DNA of 64,000 nt from an uncultured Microthrixaceae bacterium (GTDB lineage: Bacteria; Actinomycetota; Acidimicrobiia; Acidimicrobiales; Acidimicrobilacustridaceae). Below are positions 19,809 through 30,185 of the stretch, in pieces; position 1 is the first letter of the stretch; each line of letters starts with the position of its first letter. Both the position numbers and the translations under genes were made by a program. Under the pieces are notes generated by a model, which was not told where the DNA came from, did no database searches, and saw only the letters and a list, made by a program, of their open reading frames with translations. The stretch covers positions 125,071 through 189,070 of the forward strand of contig CAWCCB010000001.1 of assembly GCA_963793965.1 (NCBI GenBank), in the 5' to 3' direction.

Positions 19809-21009
19809 ATGCCGGCGGGACGACCGGCCCCGCTCAGACACCGACCGCGGCCGCCCGAGACCCGGTCCACGTCCCTGTCGGGCCACGTCCATCCCTACGA
19901 CCTGGACGACTCGGTCGAGCCGCCCGATCCCTCGCTGGCCGTCGAGCACGAGCTGCACCGCAAGTCCCTGGGCCGGCGGCTGGCCGAAGCGCTCATCTCC
20001 CTGGCGGCCCTCGTCGTGCTGTTCGCGCTGGTCATCCCCAAGGTGTCAGGCGCCACCTACCGCCAGGTGGCCCACCAGCTCCACCGTCTGAGCATCGCCG
20101 AGATCGCGCTGCTCACCGTCGTCTGGCTGATCGGGCTGGTGGCCTACGCCGGGGTGCTCACCGCCTCGCTGCCCGGCTTGCGTCGCACCCAGGGGTTCAC
20201 CCTGAACACCGCCAGCAGCGCGGTGTCCAACGTCGTCCCCTTCGGCGGCGCGGTGGGCGTCGGCGCCACCTACGGGATGTGTCGATCGTGGGGCTTCGGG
20301 GTGCCCAAGACGACGCTGGCCATCCTGGTCTCGGGCATCTGGAACATCTTCCTCAAGCTGGGCCTGCCCATCATCGCCCTGGTGCTGCTGGTGGCCGAGG
20401 GACGGGCCACCGGCGGACTGGTGGGCGCGGCCATCTTCGGGCTGGCCGTGCTGGTGGTGGCGGTGCTGGCCCTCACGCTGGTGCTGCGCAGCGAGCGGCT
20501 GGCGCTGATCATCGGGCGCTGGCTCCAACGGTTGGTGTCGGGCGCGCTGCGCCTGGCCCGTCGACCCGACCACCCCGGGATCCGCGACGCGGTGCTCGAC
20601 TTCCGCCATCGAAGCAGCTCGCTGATCTCGCGGTGCTGGCCCCGGTTGACGTTGTGGATGCTCTCTGTACTCACTGTTGCAGTTCGCCCTCCAGCTGCTG
20701 TGCCTGCGCCTGCTGGGCGAGACCTCGCTGGCCACCATCCAGGTGTTCGCCGCCTTCGCCTTCGGCCGGCTGCTGTCCACCGTCCCGGTCACGCCCAGCG
20801 GCGTGGGCTTCGCCGACGCCACCGTCATCGGCGCGCTGGTGGCCTTCGGTGGCGATCCGGCCATCTGCACCGCCGGCGTCCTGCTGTTCACCGGGTTCAC
20901 CTACCTGCTGGAGATCCCGGTGGGGGGCATCTCGTGGGTGGTGTGGAGCCGGATGTCGAGCTGGCGACGCCAGGTCACCCCGGTGCCCGGGCCACCGGCC
21001 ACGGCCTGA
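19809..21009 (+). CDS. lysylphosphatidylglycerol-synthase-TM-region-like (flippase-like) membrane protein; frameshift near 20680
   Basis: Multi-TM N-terminal part (…ALISLAALVVLFALVIPK…) in the frame of ORF 19809. The C-terminal part (…QVFAAFAFGRLLSTVPVTPSGVGFADATVIGALVAFG…) lies in the frame of ORF 20677..21009. Confidence 0.5.
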
Positions 21010-21218
21010 TCCGGCGGCCTGGGCCGTCTGGCCGGCCCGCACATCCGGGGGCGGGACCGCGGCGAAAGTGTGTATCCGCACAGGCTTGCCTTCAACCTTG
21101 TCTTCCTACCGACAGGGACCTAATCTCGGTCGATTCGCACACCGCCAGGGGCGAATCTTTGGCGGCGGCCGTTGGGGCCGGGGTTCAGAGGGAGGCATCG
21201 TGTCCAGAATCGCGCGAC

Positions 21219-22469
21219 ATGCGAATCGGCTGTTCGTGCTCGGGAGTGTTCATCGCCGCGGTGATGGCGGTGGGCATGGCTCAGCCGGCCTCGGCGGCGA
21301 CCGCCACCATCACCTCGGCGGGTCCGCTGACCACGGTGGGCGTCTCGACCGACCTCAACTGCTCGGTGAACCACACCGGCGACAGCCCGGGCGAGTTCTA
21401 CGGCGACACCGCCTGCGGCACCCTGGTCTCGTTGGCCGGCGTCCTGTACGGCCCGGCCACCATCCCCGCCGGCGGCAGCGCCACCGGCGTGAGCGGGCTA
21501 CACCCCCTTCACCCCCGTGAGCCAGAGCGCGTGTCACCGGCGCCGGCACCTCCGCCAGCCCCTTCAGCGTCACCACCGTGGTCGACCTGGGCGGCACCGG
21601 CTTCCGCCTGACCGAGACCGACACCTACGTCGTCGGCCAGGAGGCCTACCTGACCAACGTGTCGATCCACAACGCCACGGGTGCGGCGCAGAACGTCATC
21701 ATCTACCGGGCCGGTGACTGCTACCTGCAGAACAGCGACACCGGCCTGGGCCAGGTCGACGGGGCGGCCGTGGCCTGCAAGGCCTCGGCCAGCTCGCCGT
21801 CGCCCAACCGCATCGAGCAGTGGTACCCGATCACGCCCGGCTCGCACTACATGGAGGACTACTACGACACGGTGTGGTCCCACATCGGTACGCAGCAGCC
21901 CTTCGCCGACACCTGCCAGTGCACCACGACATCGACAACGGCGCCGGTCTCAGCTGGTCGCTGGCCATCGCCGCCGGCGCCAGCGCCGTCGGTGCAGCAG
22001 TACACCACCTTCTCGCCGCTGGGCATCCAGCCGATCACGGTGACCAAGACGGCCGACTCGGCCACGGCCACCCCGGGTGGCTACCGACGGCTACACCATC
22101 TCGGTGGCCAACCCCGGTAGCACCGACGTCACCCTGGACTCGGTCGCCGACACGCTGCCGGCCGGGTTCACCTACACCGCCGGCTCGACCACCGGCGGGG
22201 TCACGGCCAACCCGACGGTGGCCGGCCAGACCCTGACCTGGAACGGCCCGATCACCGTCACCGCCGGGGCCACGTTGCACATCCACTTCTCGGTGACGGT
22301 GTCCACCACACCGGGGACCTACACCAACAGCGCCACGGCCACGGGCAACGGACTCATCATCATCCCGGCCACCGACGTGGCTCCCGTGACGGTGGCGGGA
22401 GCAGTGGCCACCACCTCCACCGCGGCGCCCGCCGCCCCGGTGACGGCCACACCCGCCTTCACGGGCTGA
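21219..22469 (+). CDS. secreted protein with N-terminal Cys-containing domain and DUF11-type repeat; at least two frameshifts
   Basis: Signal peptide MRIGCSCSGVFIAAVMAVGMAQPASA. Domain with paired Cys (…DLNCSVNHTGD…YGDTACGT…; …RAGDCYLQNSD…AAVACKAS…; …ADTCQC). DUF11-like repeat (…ITVTKTADSATATPGG/YTISVANPGSTDVTLDSVADTLPAGFTYTAGSTTGG…). Confidence 0.45.
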
Positions 22470-22580
22470 ACCAACTCATCCGGACCGATCCGGACTGATG
22501 GCGCCCTGAGCACCCTGGTGCTCAGGGCGCCGTCGCGTCCGGGGTCGCTCCGGTGATCGCGTCTGGCCGCGCTCGCTCGG

Positions 22581-23121
22581 TCAGACCGGGGTGGCGGGCG
22601 TGCGCGGCTTGCGGCCCATGGAATGCACCATGTCGCCGAGCCCGCAGGGCTCGAAGCCGGCCTTGCGCAACAGGGTGGCCAGGGTGGTCAGGTCCTCGAG
22701 GCTGAGGTCGCACAGCTCCGGGCGGCGCCTGGGTGAAGGCGTGCTGCAGCCGGTCACGGGCCGTGCGACCCCGGTCGGTCAGCGCCACCGTCTTGACCCG
22801 CCGGTCGGTGGCTGACGGCTGGCGCACCACGCACCCGCTCTGCTCGAGCCGGTCCACCAGCCAGGTGACGTTGGAGGCGTCACAGCCCCACACCTCCGCC
22901 AGCGAGCTCATGGTCGGCGTCTCGGCGTCGGTGAGCGAGAGCAGCGCCTTCATGTCGCCCATGGTCAGCCCGTAGGACTCGGCCACGGCGAAGCCGGCGT
23001 CGCGCCGACCCACCATCAGCGCGGTCAACAGGCCCCACACCTCGTCGGCCACCGCTTGCTTGGTCGGTCGAACCACGCCGTCAGCATAGGGAGCGCGCCC
23101 ACACTCGTTCAACTCATTCAT
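22581..23121 (-). CDS. MarR-family transcriptional regulator; single-G insertion near 22685
   Basis: wHTH region (…TMSSLAEVWGCDASNVTWLVDRLEQSGCVVRQPSATDRRVKTVALTDRGR…). After …RLQHAFTQAPP the +1 frame gives ELCDLSLEDLTTLATLLRKAGFEPCGLGDMVHSMGRKPRTPATPV*. Confidence 0.6.
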
Positions 23122-23165
23122 AATTTGAACGGCCTAAATACTTGACTTACCTAAAGCACTTTGCC
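23098..23165. promoter_or_regulatory. AT-rich divergent promoter/operator region between the MarR and ABC transporter genes
   Basis: Local GC drops sharply (tcaactcattcataatttgaacggcctaaatacttgacttacctaaagcac). Imperfect palindrome TTCAtaattTGAA and a TTGACT -35-like hexamer. Confidence 0.35.
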
Positions 23166-23177
23166 AAGGTGGGTCGC

Positions 23178-24232
23178 ATGAACCAGTCGCCCAACTCGCC
23201 GTCGACCGGCGATCCCGTCATCGAGGTCGAGGCGCTGGTCAAGCGGTTCGGCGACGTGGTCGCCCTCGACGGTATCGACCTGTCGGTCGAACGCGGCACG
23301 GTGTTCGGGCTGCTGGGCCCCAACGGCGCCGGCAAGACCACCGTGGTCCGCATCCTGACCACCATCCTGAGCCACGACTCCGGGGTGGCCCGGGTGCTCG
23401 GCATCGACGTCGACCAGAACCCTCAGGGCGTGCGCGAGCGCATCGGCCTGGCCGGCCAGTTCGCCGCCGTCGACGAGAACCTGACCGGACGCGAGAACCT
23501 GCGCATGGTGGGCGAGCTGACCCACCTGTCCCGCAAGGTGACCCAGACAGCGGGCCGACGAGCTGCTCGAGCGGTTCGGCCTGACCGCGGCCGCCGATCG
23601 TCCGGCCCGCACCTATTCGGGTGGCATGCGCCGCCGGCTGGATCTGGGCGCGGCGCTGGTCCACCGACCCCCGGTGCTGTTCCTCGACGAGCCCACCACC
23701 GGCCTCGATCCGGCCAGCCGCAGCGATCTGTGGGTGGTCATCCAGGAGCTGGTGGCCGACGGCACCACCGTGCTGCTCACCACCCAGTACCTGGAGGAGG
23801 CCGACCGGCTGGCCGACCTCATCGCCGTGATCGACGACGGGCCGCAAGATCGCGGAGGGCACCTCGGCCGAGCTCAAGGCCACCATGGGCGCCACCATCG
23901 TCGAGATCGGCGCCACCGATCCGGCCCAGGTGGCCCGGGCCCAGGGCCTGCTCGCACCTGTCGGTTCGGTCGAGGTCGACGGGTACATCGTCAAGGTCAA
24001 CATCAACGAGGGGGCCCGCGGCGTGCTCGACGTGGCCCGCATCCTCGAGCAGAACGAGCTGGTGCCCGACAGCTTCACCGTGCGCGAGCCCACGCTCGAC
24101 GACGTGTTCCTGAGCCTGACCGGCCACAGGGCTGAACCGGTGCGACGAGCCCGACGGCGGCGGCACAGCCCGACGGCGACGCGCCCGACCGATGACCACG
24201 ACCGATCCATGGCCGAGGAGGTCGCCCGATGA
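23178..24232 (+). CDS. ABC transporter ATP-binding protein (DrrA-like); two frameshifts
   Basis: Walker [10 protein letters not shown], signature [12 protein letters not shown], Walker [13 protein letters not shown], and a C-terminal DrrA-type domain (…[16 protein letters not shown]…[15 protein letters not shown]…). The stop overlaps the permease ATG (ATGA). Confidence 0.65.
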
Positions 24233-25064
24233 CCGCCACCCAGCTCTCCCCCGCCGACCTGAGCCCGCTGTCGGCCGGGGTCGAGCGACCGCAGCCCGTT
24301 CGCCTGGGCGCTGCGCGACACGCGAACCATCACCATGCGCAACCTGCTGTCGATCACCCGCCAGCCCCAGCTGATCGTCTTCTCCACCATCCAGCCGATC
24401 ATCTTCGTGCTGATGTTCACCTACGTGTTCGGCGGGGCCATCCACATCCCCGGGCATGCAGCTGCCCTACGTCGACTACCTGATGCCCGGCATCTTCTGC
24501 CAGACGGTGGTGTTCGGGTCGATCAACACGGGCATCGGCCTGTCCGACGACCTGCAGAAAGGGCTGATCGAGCGGTTCCGCTCGCTGCCCATGGCCCGCT
24601 CGGCGGTGCTGGCCGGGCGCACCTTCGCCGATCTGGTGCGCAACGTGTTCGTGGTGGCGCTGATGCTGATCGTCGGGTTCGCGGTCGGGTTCCGGGTCCA
24701 GACCAACTTCTTCGGCCTCCTGGCCGGCATCGCCGTCCTGCTGCTGTTCGCCTTCTCCATGACCTGGATCTTCGCCATCGTCGGCCTGTCGGCGGCCAGC
24801 CCCGAGACGGCCCAGGCCATGAGCTTCCCGATCCTGGCCCCCCTGGTGTTCGCCTCCTCGGCCTTCGTGTCCACCTCGACCATGCCGGGCTGGCTGCAGG
24901 TGTTCGCCAACCACCAGCCGGTCACCGCCGCGGTCAACGCCACCCGGGCCCTCATGCTGGGCGGGCCGACGGCCACCTACGTGTGGCAGAGCCTGGCCTG
25001 GAGCGTGGGGATCGTGGCCGTGTTCGCTCCCTTCGCCATCCGCCGGTACCGCCGGGTCGCCTGA
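24229..25064 (+). CDS. ABC-2-type transporter permease (DrrB-like); two frameshifts
   Basis: …RNLLSITRQPQLIVFSTIQPIIFVLMFTYVFGG… then …QLPYVDYLMPGIFCQTVVFGSINTGIGL…, with six TM segments and the end …AIRRYRRVA*. Confidence 0.6.
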
Positions 25065-25147
25065 GTCGCCTCCCGTTCGCAATCGGTGTGGACATCCACG
25101 GATCGGGATCTCGGCACCGACGTCGCGGCCGGATGGTGGCGAGACCG

Positions 25148-26040
25148 TCAGAGCCCGGCCACCACCGCAGCGGCGAAGGCCTCGGGTGCCTCGATCATCG
25201 GGTAGTGGCCGACGGCCGCCAACCGGGTGACGGTGGCATCCGGACGCCGGCCGGCCAGGCGCTCGACCATGGGCCACACCGCGATGGGGTCGGCATCGCC
25301 CCACACCACGGCCAGCGGCGACGGGTGGGTCTCGATGGCCTCGGCCCAACGGGCGCCGTGCTCCTGGCGGTCCTCGATGTAGCGGATGGTGCGGGGCAGC
25401 AGGCGGTTGCCGCCGCTGAGCATGACCAGGTCGGCGCCGGCCCGCACCAGATCCGGATCGGGATGCGAGGCGTCGCCGCCGGGCGGGGCGAAGGTGCCCT
25501 CCAGGGAGCCGACGATGGTGTCGACGTCCGGGGCCTGGTCGATGGGCAGGACGGCATCGGGCAGGCCGAGCAGGTACTTCTGGCCGTCGGTGAACTGGGT
25601 GAGGTCGTAGTAGATGCTGCCGTTGGCCAACACCCGGTGACCGATCTCGAAGTCGAGGGCGCCCTGGAGCGACCGGGCCAGCAGCTCGCCACCCACCGAG
25701 TCGCCGATGTCGTGGGTCAGCAGGTCGACCCGGTCCAGACCGAGGTGGGCCACCACGGCGCGGCCAGGTCGGCCTGGGTGAGCAGCGAGTAGCGGTGGTC
25801 GGGTTTGGACGACATGCCGAAGCCCAGGAAGTCGAACAGGACGACCCGCCGCCCGGCGCCGAGCACAGGCAGCACGGCGTCGAAGTCGATGGAGCTGGTC
25901 GGGAAGCCGTGCAGGACGAGCAGCGGCGTGTCCGAGCCGGTCGAGCCCGAGGCCGGGGCCGGGCGCCACGTCGACCACGAAGATATCCCGGTTGCCGATG
26001 GGGACCAACCGGCCTCGCTGCTGCCAGTCCTGGATCCGCT
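25148..26040 (-). CDS. alpha/beta hydrolase fold protein; at least three frameshifts
   Basis: Spread over three frames: …RGRLVPIGNRDIFVVDVAPGP / …TPLLVLHGFPTSSIDFDAVLPVLGAGRRVVLFDFLGFGMSSKPDHRYSL… / …VVAHLGLDRVDLLTHDIGDSVGGELLA…WGDADPIAV…AAVGHYPMIEAPEAFAAAVVAGL*. Confidence 0.45.
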
Positions 26041-26234
26041 CGATCGGCGCTCATGGCCCCCGATCCTGCCAGCTCAGCCCGCCGCCCGGCTCGATCCGTT
26101 CGACCGTCCCGACCTGAGCAAGGCGCACAGGTGAACCTGTCAGCCAGACGACCGCTATGCGGTCGCTGGGCTGACAGGAACCGCTATGGGTCAGAGCAAC
26201 CGATCCGCGGGGCTGTGGCGTCTTACCGGCGACG

Positions 26235-26820
26235 ATGGATGTGGTGGAACCCGATCTCGCGATGGATGCCGACGACCCGGCGGAGGCGACCCCGGCCTCG
26301 ACGCCGGGCGGACCCGATCGGCTCGGCCGCCCTCTACGCCCGGCACCGCCGGCTGCGTTCGGGTTCGCCTACCTGCTGTGCGGCGACCGCGACCGGGCCG
26401 ACGACGCCGTGCAGGAGGCGTTCGAGCGGGTGATGCGCCGCGGTGGGCGGCTCCGTCGACCCGAGGCCTTCGCCGCCTACCTGAACACGACCGTGCTCAA
26501 CGTGGTGCGATCGCAGGCCCGCAGCGAGACCCGGGCCCGCGCCCGCGAGCTGCGCCACGCCACCGGAGCCGGCGACCTGGCGGGCCTGGGCCCCACCGTG
26601 GCGACCTCGACTGCCCGCTGCCGATGCGGACCCCGACGGTCGACTGTGGACTGCCCTGGCCGACCTGCCCGACCGCCAGCGCGCCGCCGTCGTGTGCCGC
26701 ATCTGGCTCGACCTGTCCGAGGCCGAATCGGCCCGGGTGCTCGGCTGTCGACCGGGCACGGTCAAGTCGCTGCTGTCGCGCGGCCTGGCCTCGATACGGG
26801 AGACGATCACCGATGGATGA
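26235..26820 (+). CDS. ECF-subfamily RNA polymerase sigma-70 factor; frameshifted, start uncertain
   Basis: Region 2 (…ALYARHRRL / …AFGFAYLLCGDRDRADDAVQEAFERVMRR…) and region 4 (…LPDRQRAAVVCRIWLDLSEAESARVLGCRPGTVKSLLSRGLASIRE…) are found in different frames. The stop overlaps the next gene (ATGGATGA). Confidence 0.5.
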
Positions 26821-27936
26821 ACCCAAGGACCTCGAAGCCCGCCTGGCCGCCATGGCCCACCGGCGGGTGGCAGCCGCCGACCAGCCCTCCGAGCTGCCTG
26901 CCCGGTCCCGCCGACGCATCCGGCGGGGCGAGCGAGTCGGCGCCGCGCTGGCCACGATGCTGGTGGTGGCCATGGTGGCCGGCGGTGTGGCCCTGGCCCG
27001 CGCCGACCAGGACCGGGCCACCACCGTGCGGGTGGCGCAGGCGCCCGCAGCCGCGCCTTGCTACCCCACCCGCATCCCCCGAGCGCTGGCCGACCAGGTC
27101 CGGTCCCTGGCCCGCGAGGGGACCGCGGTCGCGGGCTCGACGCCGAGGGCGTTCGTGGTGGCCGGAGCCCTTTCGACGGCGCCGGTCACCGTGGCCGACC
27201 CCGGCCGGACGGCCTGGGAGGTGGTGGTCAGCGGTGAGCACTTCGTCCCGAGCTACGCCGCCCCTGGCTTCGTCGATCGCGCCCCCCACCAGGCCAACAG
27301 CGAGAGCTGGAATGTCGACGCGTCGCTCATGCCGGTCGGATCCAGCATCCCGGGTCCGACAGCAGCAGACCTCGACGGCCTCGACCCGGTGGCGGTGTCC
27401 CTGGATCCTTCGTGTGCTCACAACTCGTCAGATGGCACGATCCCGCCCGCCAGCAGCACCTCGAGCACCGAGACCTCCGGCACGAGCCCACGGCACCACC
27501 CCGTCGACCCGCCCGACCGGAACGCCGCCCGACTGCACCGGCTCGCAGCTCTCCCTGACCGCGTCCACCAACAAGTCCAGCTACCGCATCGGCGACACGG
27601 TGACCATCGTCGTGACCATCCGCAACGACGGGGCGGCGTGCCAGAACGCCTCGCCGCGCCGCGGCCATCGACGCCTGCCCCTTGATCCGGGTGACGAACA
27701 ACGCCGGCCAGGCCGTCTACGACCCGGGTGTGTTTTGCCCCCTGCCCCTGTCGCTGGCGCCGGTGCCGGCCAGGTACCGCCGCGCGGTCACCTTCACGTG
27801 GCCCTCGGGCCAGGTCCCCCCACCCTGCACGGGCGCGACGTGCGTCGTCCCGGCCAGGCCCGGCACCTACACGGTGGCACCCACGATCGGCATCGACGGG
27901 ATCCACGTCCATGCCACCACCGTCCGCTTGACCTGA
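26814..27936 (+). CDS. anti-sigma-factor-like membrane protein with C-terminal DUF4232-like Cys domain; frameshifted
   Basis: MDEPKDLEARLAAMAHRR…, a single TM helix (VGAALATMLVVAMVAGGVALA), and a Pro/Ser/Thr linker. C-terminal domain with paired Cys (…PPDCTGSQLSLTASTNKSSYRIGDTVTIVVTIRNDGAACQ…CPLIRVTNNAGQAVYDP…CTGATCVVPARPGTYTV…). Confidence 0.45.
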
Positions 27937-27988
27937 CCGGCGCCAGGGTCCGACCCCGAGCCCGCACGGTGGCCGAGCCGGTGACAGG

Positions 27989-28408
27989 ATGGGCGTCGCA
28001 GCCAGCCGAACGGACCAGGGGGTCGTCGTGGACGTGCGCAACGTGGCCGAGGTCGAGCCCGAGGTCGAGCACAACGGCACCGTGCCCGTGTGGTGGCTCA
28101 TCCGCCCCGAGGAGATGAAGGCCATCACCGACGGCGGCTACCTGGAGCTGGCCAACGAGTTCGAGGTGGCCGTGGGCGGTGAGGTCTTCCCCCACTCGCA
28201 CCCGACCCACGAGTTCTACTTCGTGATGACCGGCGAGGGCACCATGGTGATCGGGGGCGAGGAGCGCCCGGTCAAGCCCAGCGACCTCATCTACATCCCG
28301 CCCGACACGGTGCACAGCCTGCGCACCATCGGCGACCAGCCCATCCACTGCTTCTGCTTCGCGGTCGGGGTCAAGGGCGCCGGGGGCATCGACTACACCA
28401 ACCACTGA
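27989..28408 (+). CDS. cupin domain protein
   Basis: Intact 139-aa ORF with cupin motifs (…EVFPHSHPTHEFYFVMTGEGTMVIGGEERPVKPSDLIYIPPDTVHSLRT…). Confidence 0.6.
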   Translation: MGVAASRTDQGVVVDVRNVAEVEPEVEHNGTVPVWWLIRPEEMKAITDGGYLELANEFEVAVGGEVFPHSHPTHEFYFVMTGEGTMVIGGEERPVKPSDLIYIPPDTVHSLRTIGDQPIHCFCFAVGVKGAGGIDYTNH

Positions 28409-28487
28409 TCCAGCATTCGGCACGTTTCACCCACGCGAACGTGGGTCAGACGTGCCGAAAGAAGAGGTCTCAGCTCAGGGGGGAACC

Positions 28488-29642
28488 ATGACCGACATCG
28501 ACGGCACCTGCGACGAGCGCTTCAGCGCGGTGCGCGACACGTTCGCGCGCCAACTTCGACCGGGGCCTCGACGTGGGCGCCTCGGTGTCGGTGGTGCTCG
28601 ACGGCCAGACCGTGGTCGACCTGTGGGGCGGGAGCATCGACGGCACGCCGGAGGCGCCCGGCCCGACCCCCTGGCAGCGCGACACCATCACCAACGTGTG
28701 GTCCACCACCAAGACCATGACCGCGCCTGTGCGCCCTGATGCTGGCCGACCGGGGCGAGCTCGACCCCTACGCGCCGGTGGCTCGCTACTGGCCCGAGTT
28801 CAAGGCCGGGGGCAAGGAGGCGGTGACGGTGGCGCAGCTGATGAGCCACTCGTCGGGCCTGTCGGGCTGGCAGGAACCGATGGCCCCCGAGGACCTCTAC
28901 GACTGGGACCTGGCCTGCGCCCGCCTGGCCGCCCAGGAGCCCTGGTGGGAGCCGGGCACCGCCTCGGGCTACCACGCCATCACCCAGGGCTACCTGGTGG
29001 GCGAGGTCATCCGCCGCATCGACGGCCGGACGGTGGGCCGGTTCTTCGCCGAGGAGGTGGCCGGACCGCTGGGCGCCGACTTCTACATCGGCACCCCGGC
29101 GTCGGCCGACGACCGCGTGGCCCGGGTCATCCCACCCCCGCCGCTGGACGACGCAGATCGCGGCGGCCGACCCCGAGAGCATGGCCATCCGCACCCTGAC
29201 CAACCCCCCGCTGTCGGCCGAGCAGTCGTGGGAGGAGGCGTGGCGGCGGGCCGAGATCCCGGCCGCCGGCGGCCACGGCAACGCCCGGTCGGTGGCCCGG
29301 GTGCAGTCGGTGATGGCCCACGGCGGCGAGATCGACGGGGTCCGCCTGCTGTCGGAGGCCGGCTGCCACCGCGCGCTCGAGCGCCAGATCGACGGCCTCG
29401 ACCTGGTGCTGGGCGTGCCCCTGCGCTTCGGCCTGGGCTACGGCCTTCCCTCGCCCGACGCCCCGCTCAGCCCCAACGAGCACGCCTGCTACTGGGGCGG
29501 CTGGGGCGGCTCGCTGGTGGTCGTCGACATGGACGCCCGGCTGTGCGTGGCCTACGTGATGAACCGGATGGGCGAGGGCACCATGGGCGACCTGCGGGCG
29601 GTCGAGATCCTGTTCGCCGCCTACGGCGCCCTGGGCGCCTGA
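28488..29642 (+). CDS. serine hydrolase / beta-lactamase-family protein; at least three frameshifts
   Basis: S-x-x-K motif (…[13 protein letters not shown]…) and …[43 protein letters not shown]…. The C-terminus …[33 protein letters not shown]… is in different frames. Confidence 0.5.
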
Positions 29643-29645
29643 GCG

Positions 29646-30118
29646 GTGGGCCAACGCATCGTCTCGGTCAGCCACGACATCCACGCACCCGCCGAACGGG
29701 TGTGGGAGCTGGTGTCGGACCTTCCCCGCATGGGCGAGTGGTCGCCCGAGAACACCGGCGGCACCTGGCGCGAGCGGGGCGGCCGGTCCGGCGGTCGGGG
29801 CCCGTTCAAGGGCACCAACGCCCGGGGCCGGCGCCGGTGGAGCACCTCGGTGGTCGTCACCGACTGCCAGCCGAGCCGGAGCTTCGGCTTCGACGTGCGG
29901 GCCGGCGGGATGGGCGTGGGCAACTGGCGCTACGACGTGGAGCCGACCGAGGGGGGCTGCCGGGTCACCGAGACCTTCGACCGACACCCGGGGCCGGACC
30001 ATCACGTTCCTGGGCCGGCTGGTCTCGGGCGTGTCGGACCGGGCCACGCACAACCGGGCCGGCATGGAGACCACCCTGGCCAACCTGGCCGCCGCCGCCG
30101 AGGCACCCCCCGCCCTGA
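29646..30118 (+). CDS. SRPBCC (START/polyketide-cyclase-like) superfamily protein; frameshift near 29990
   Basis: [41 protein letters not shown]… then …[36 protein letters not shown] in a second frame. The 3' end is approximate. Confidence 0.4.
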
Positions 30119-30185
30119 CCCGGCCACGGCCCCGCCCCGCCGCCGCCCGGCGCACCCACCAGGCGGAGCCGGAACCCGGCCCGCC

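Noticed and set aside
19181-21520. 779-aa ORF on the plus strand
   Set aside because: It runs out of frame across the deacetylase, the LPG-synthase-like gene and the start of the DUF11 protein gene. Composition is ~40% Arg/Gly/Pro/Ala with no domain signal. GC-frame artefact.
24417-26054. 545-aa ORF on the minus strand
   Set aside because: It is antisense to the ABC-2 permease and alpha/beta hydrolase genes, with Arg/Pro/Gly-dominated low-complexity translation (…RRGARPRPRARPARTRRCSSCT…). This is typical of the stop-poor alternative frames of 70% GC DNA.
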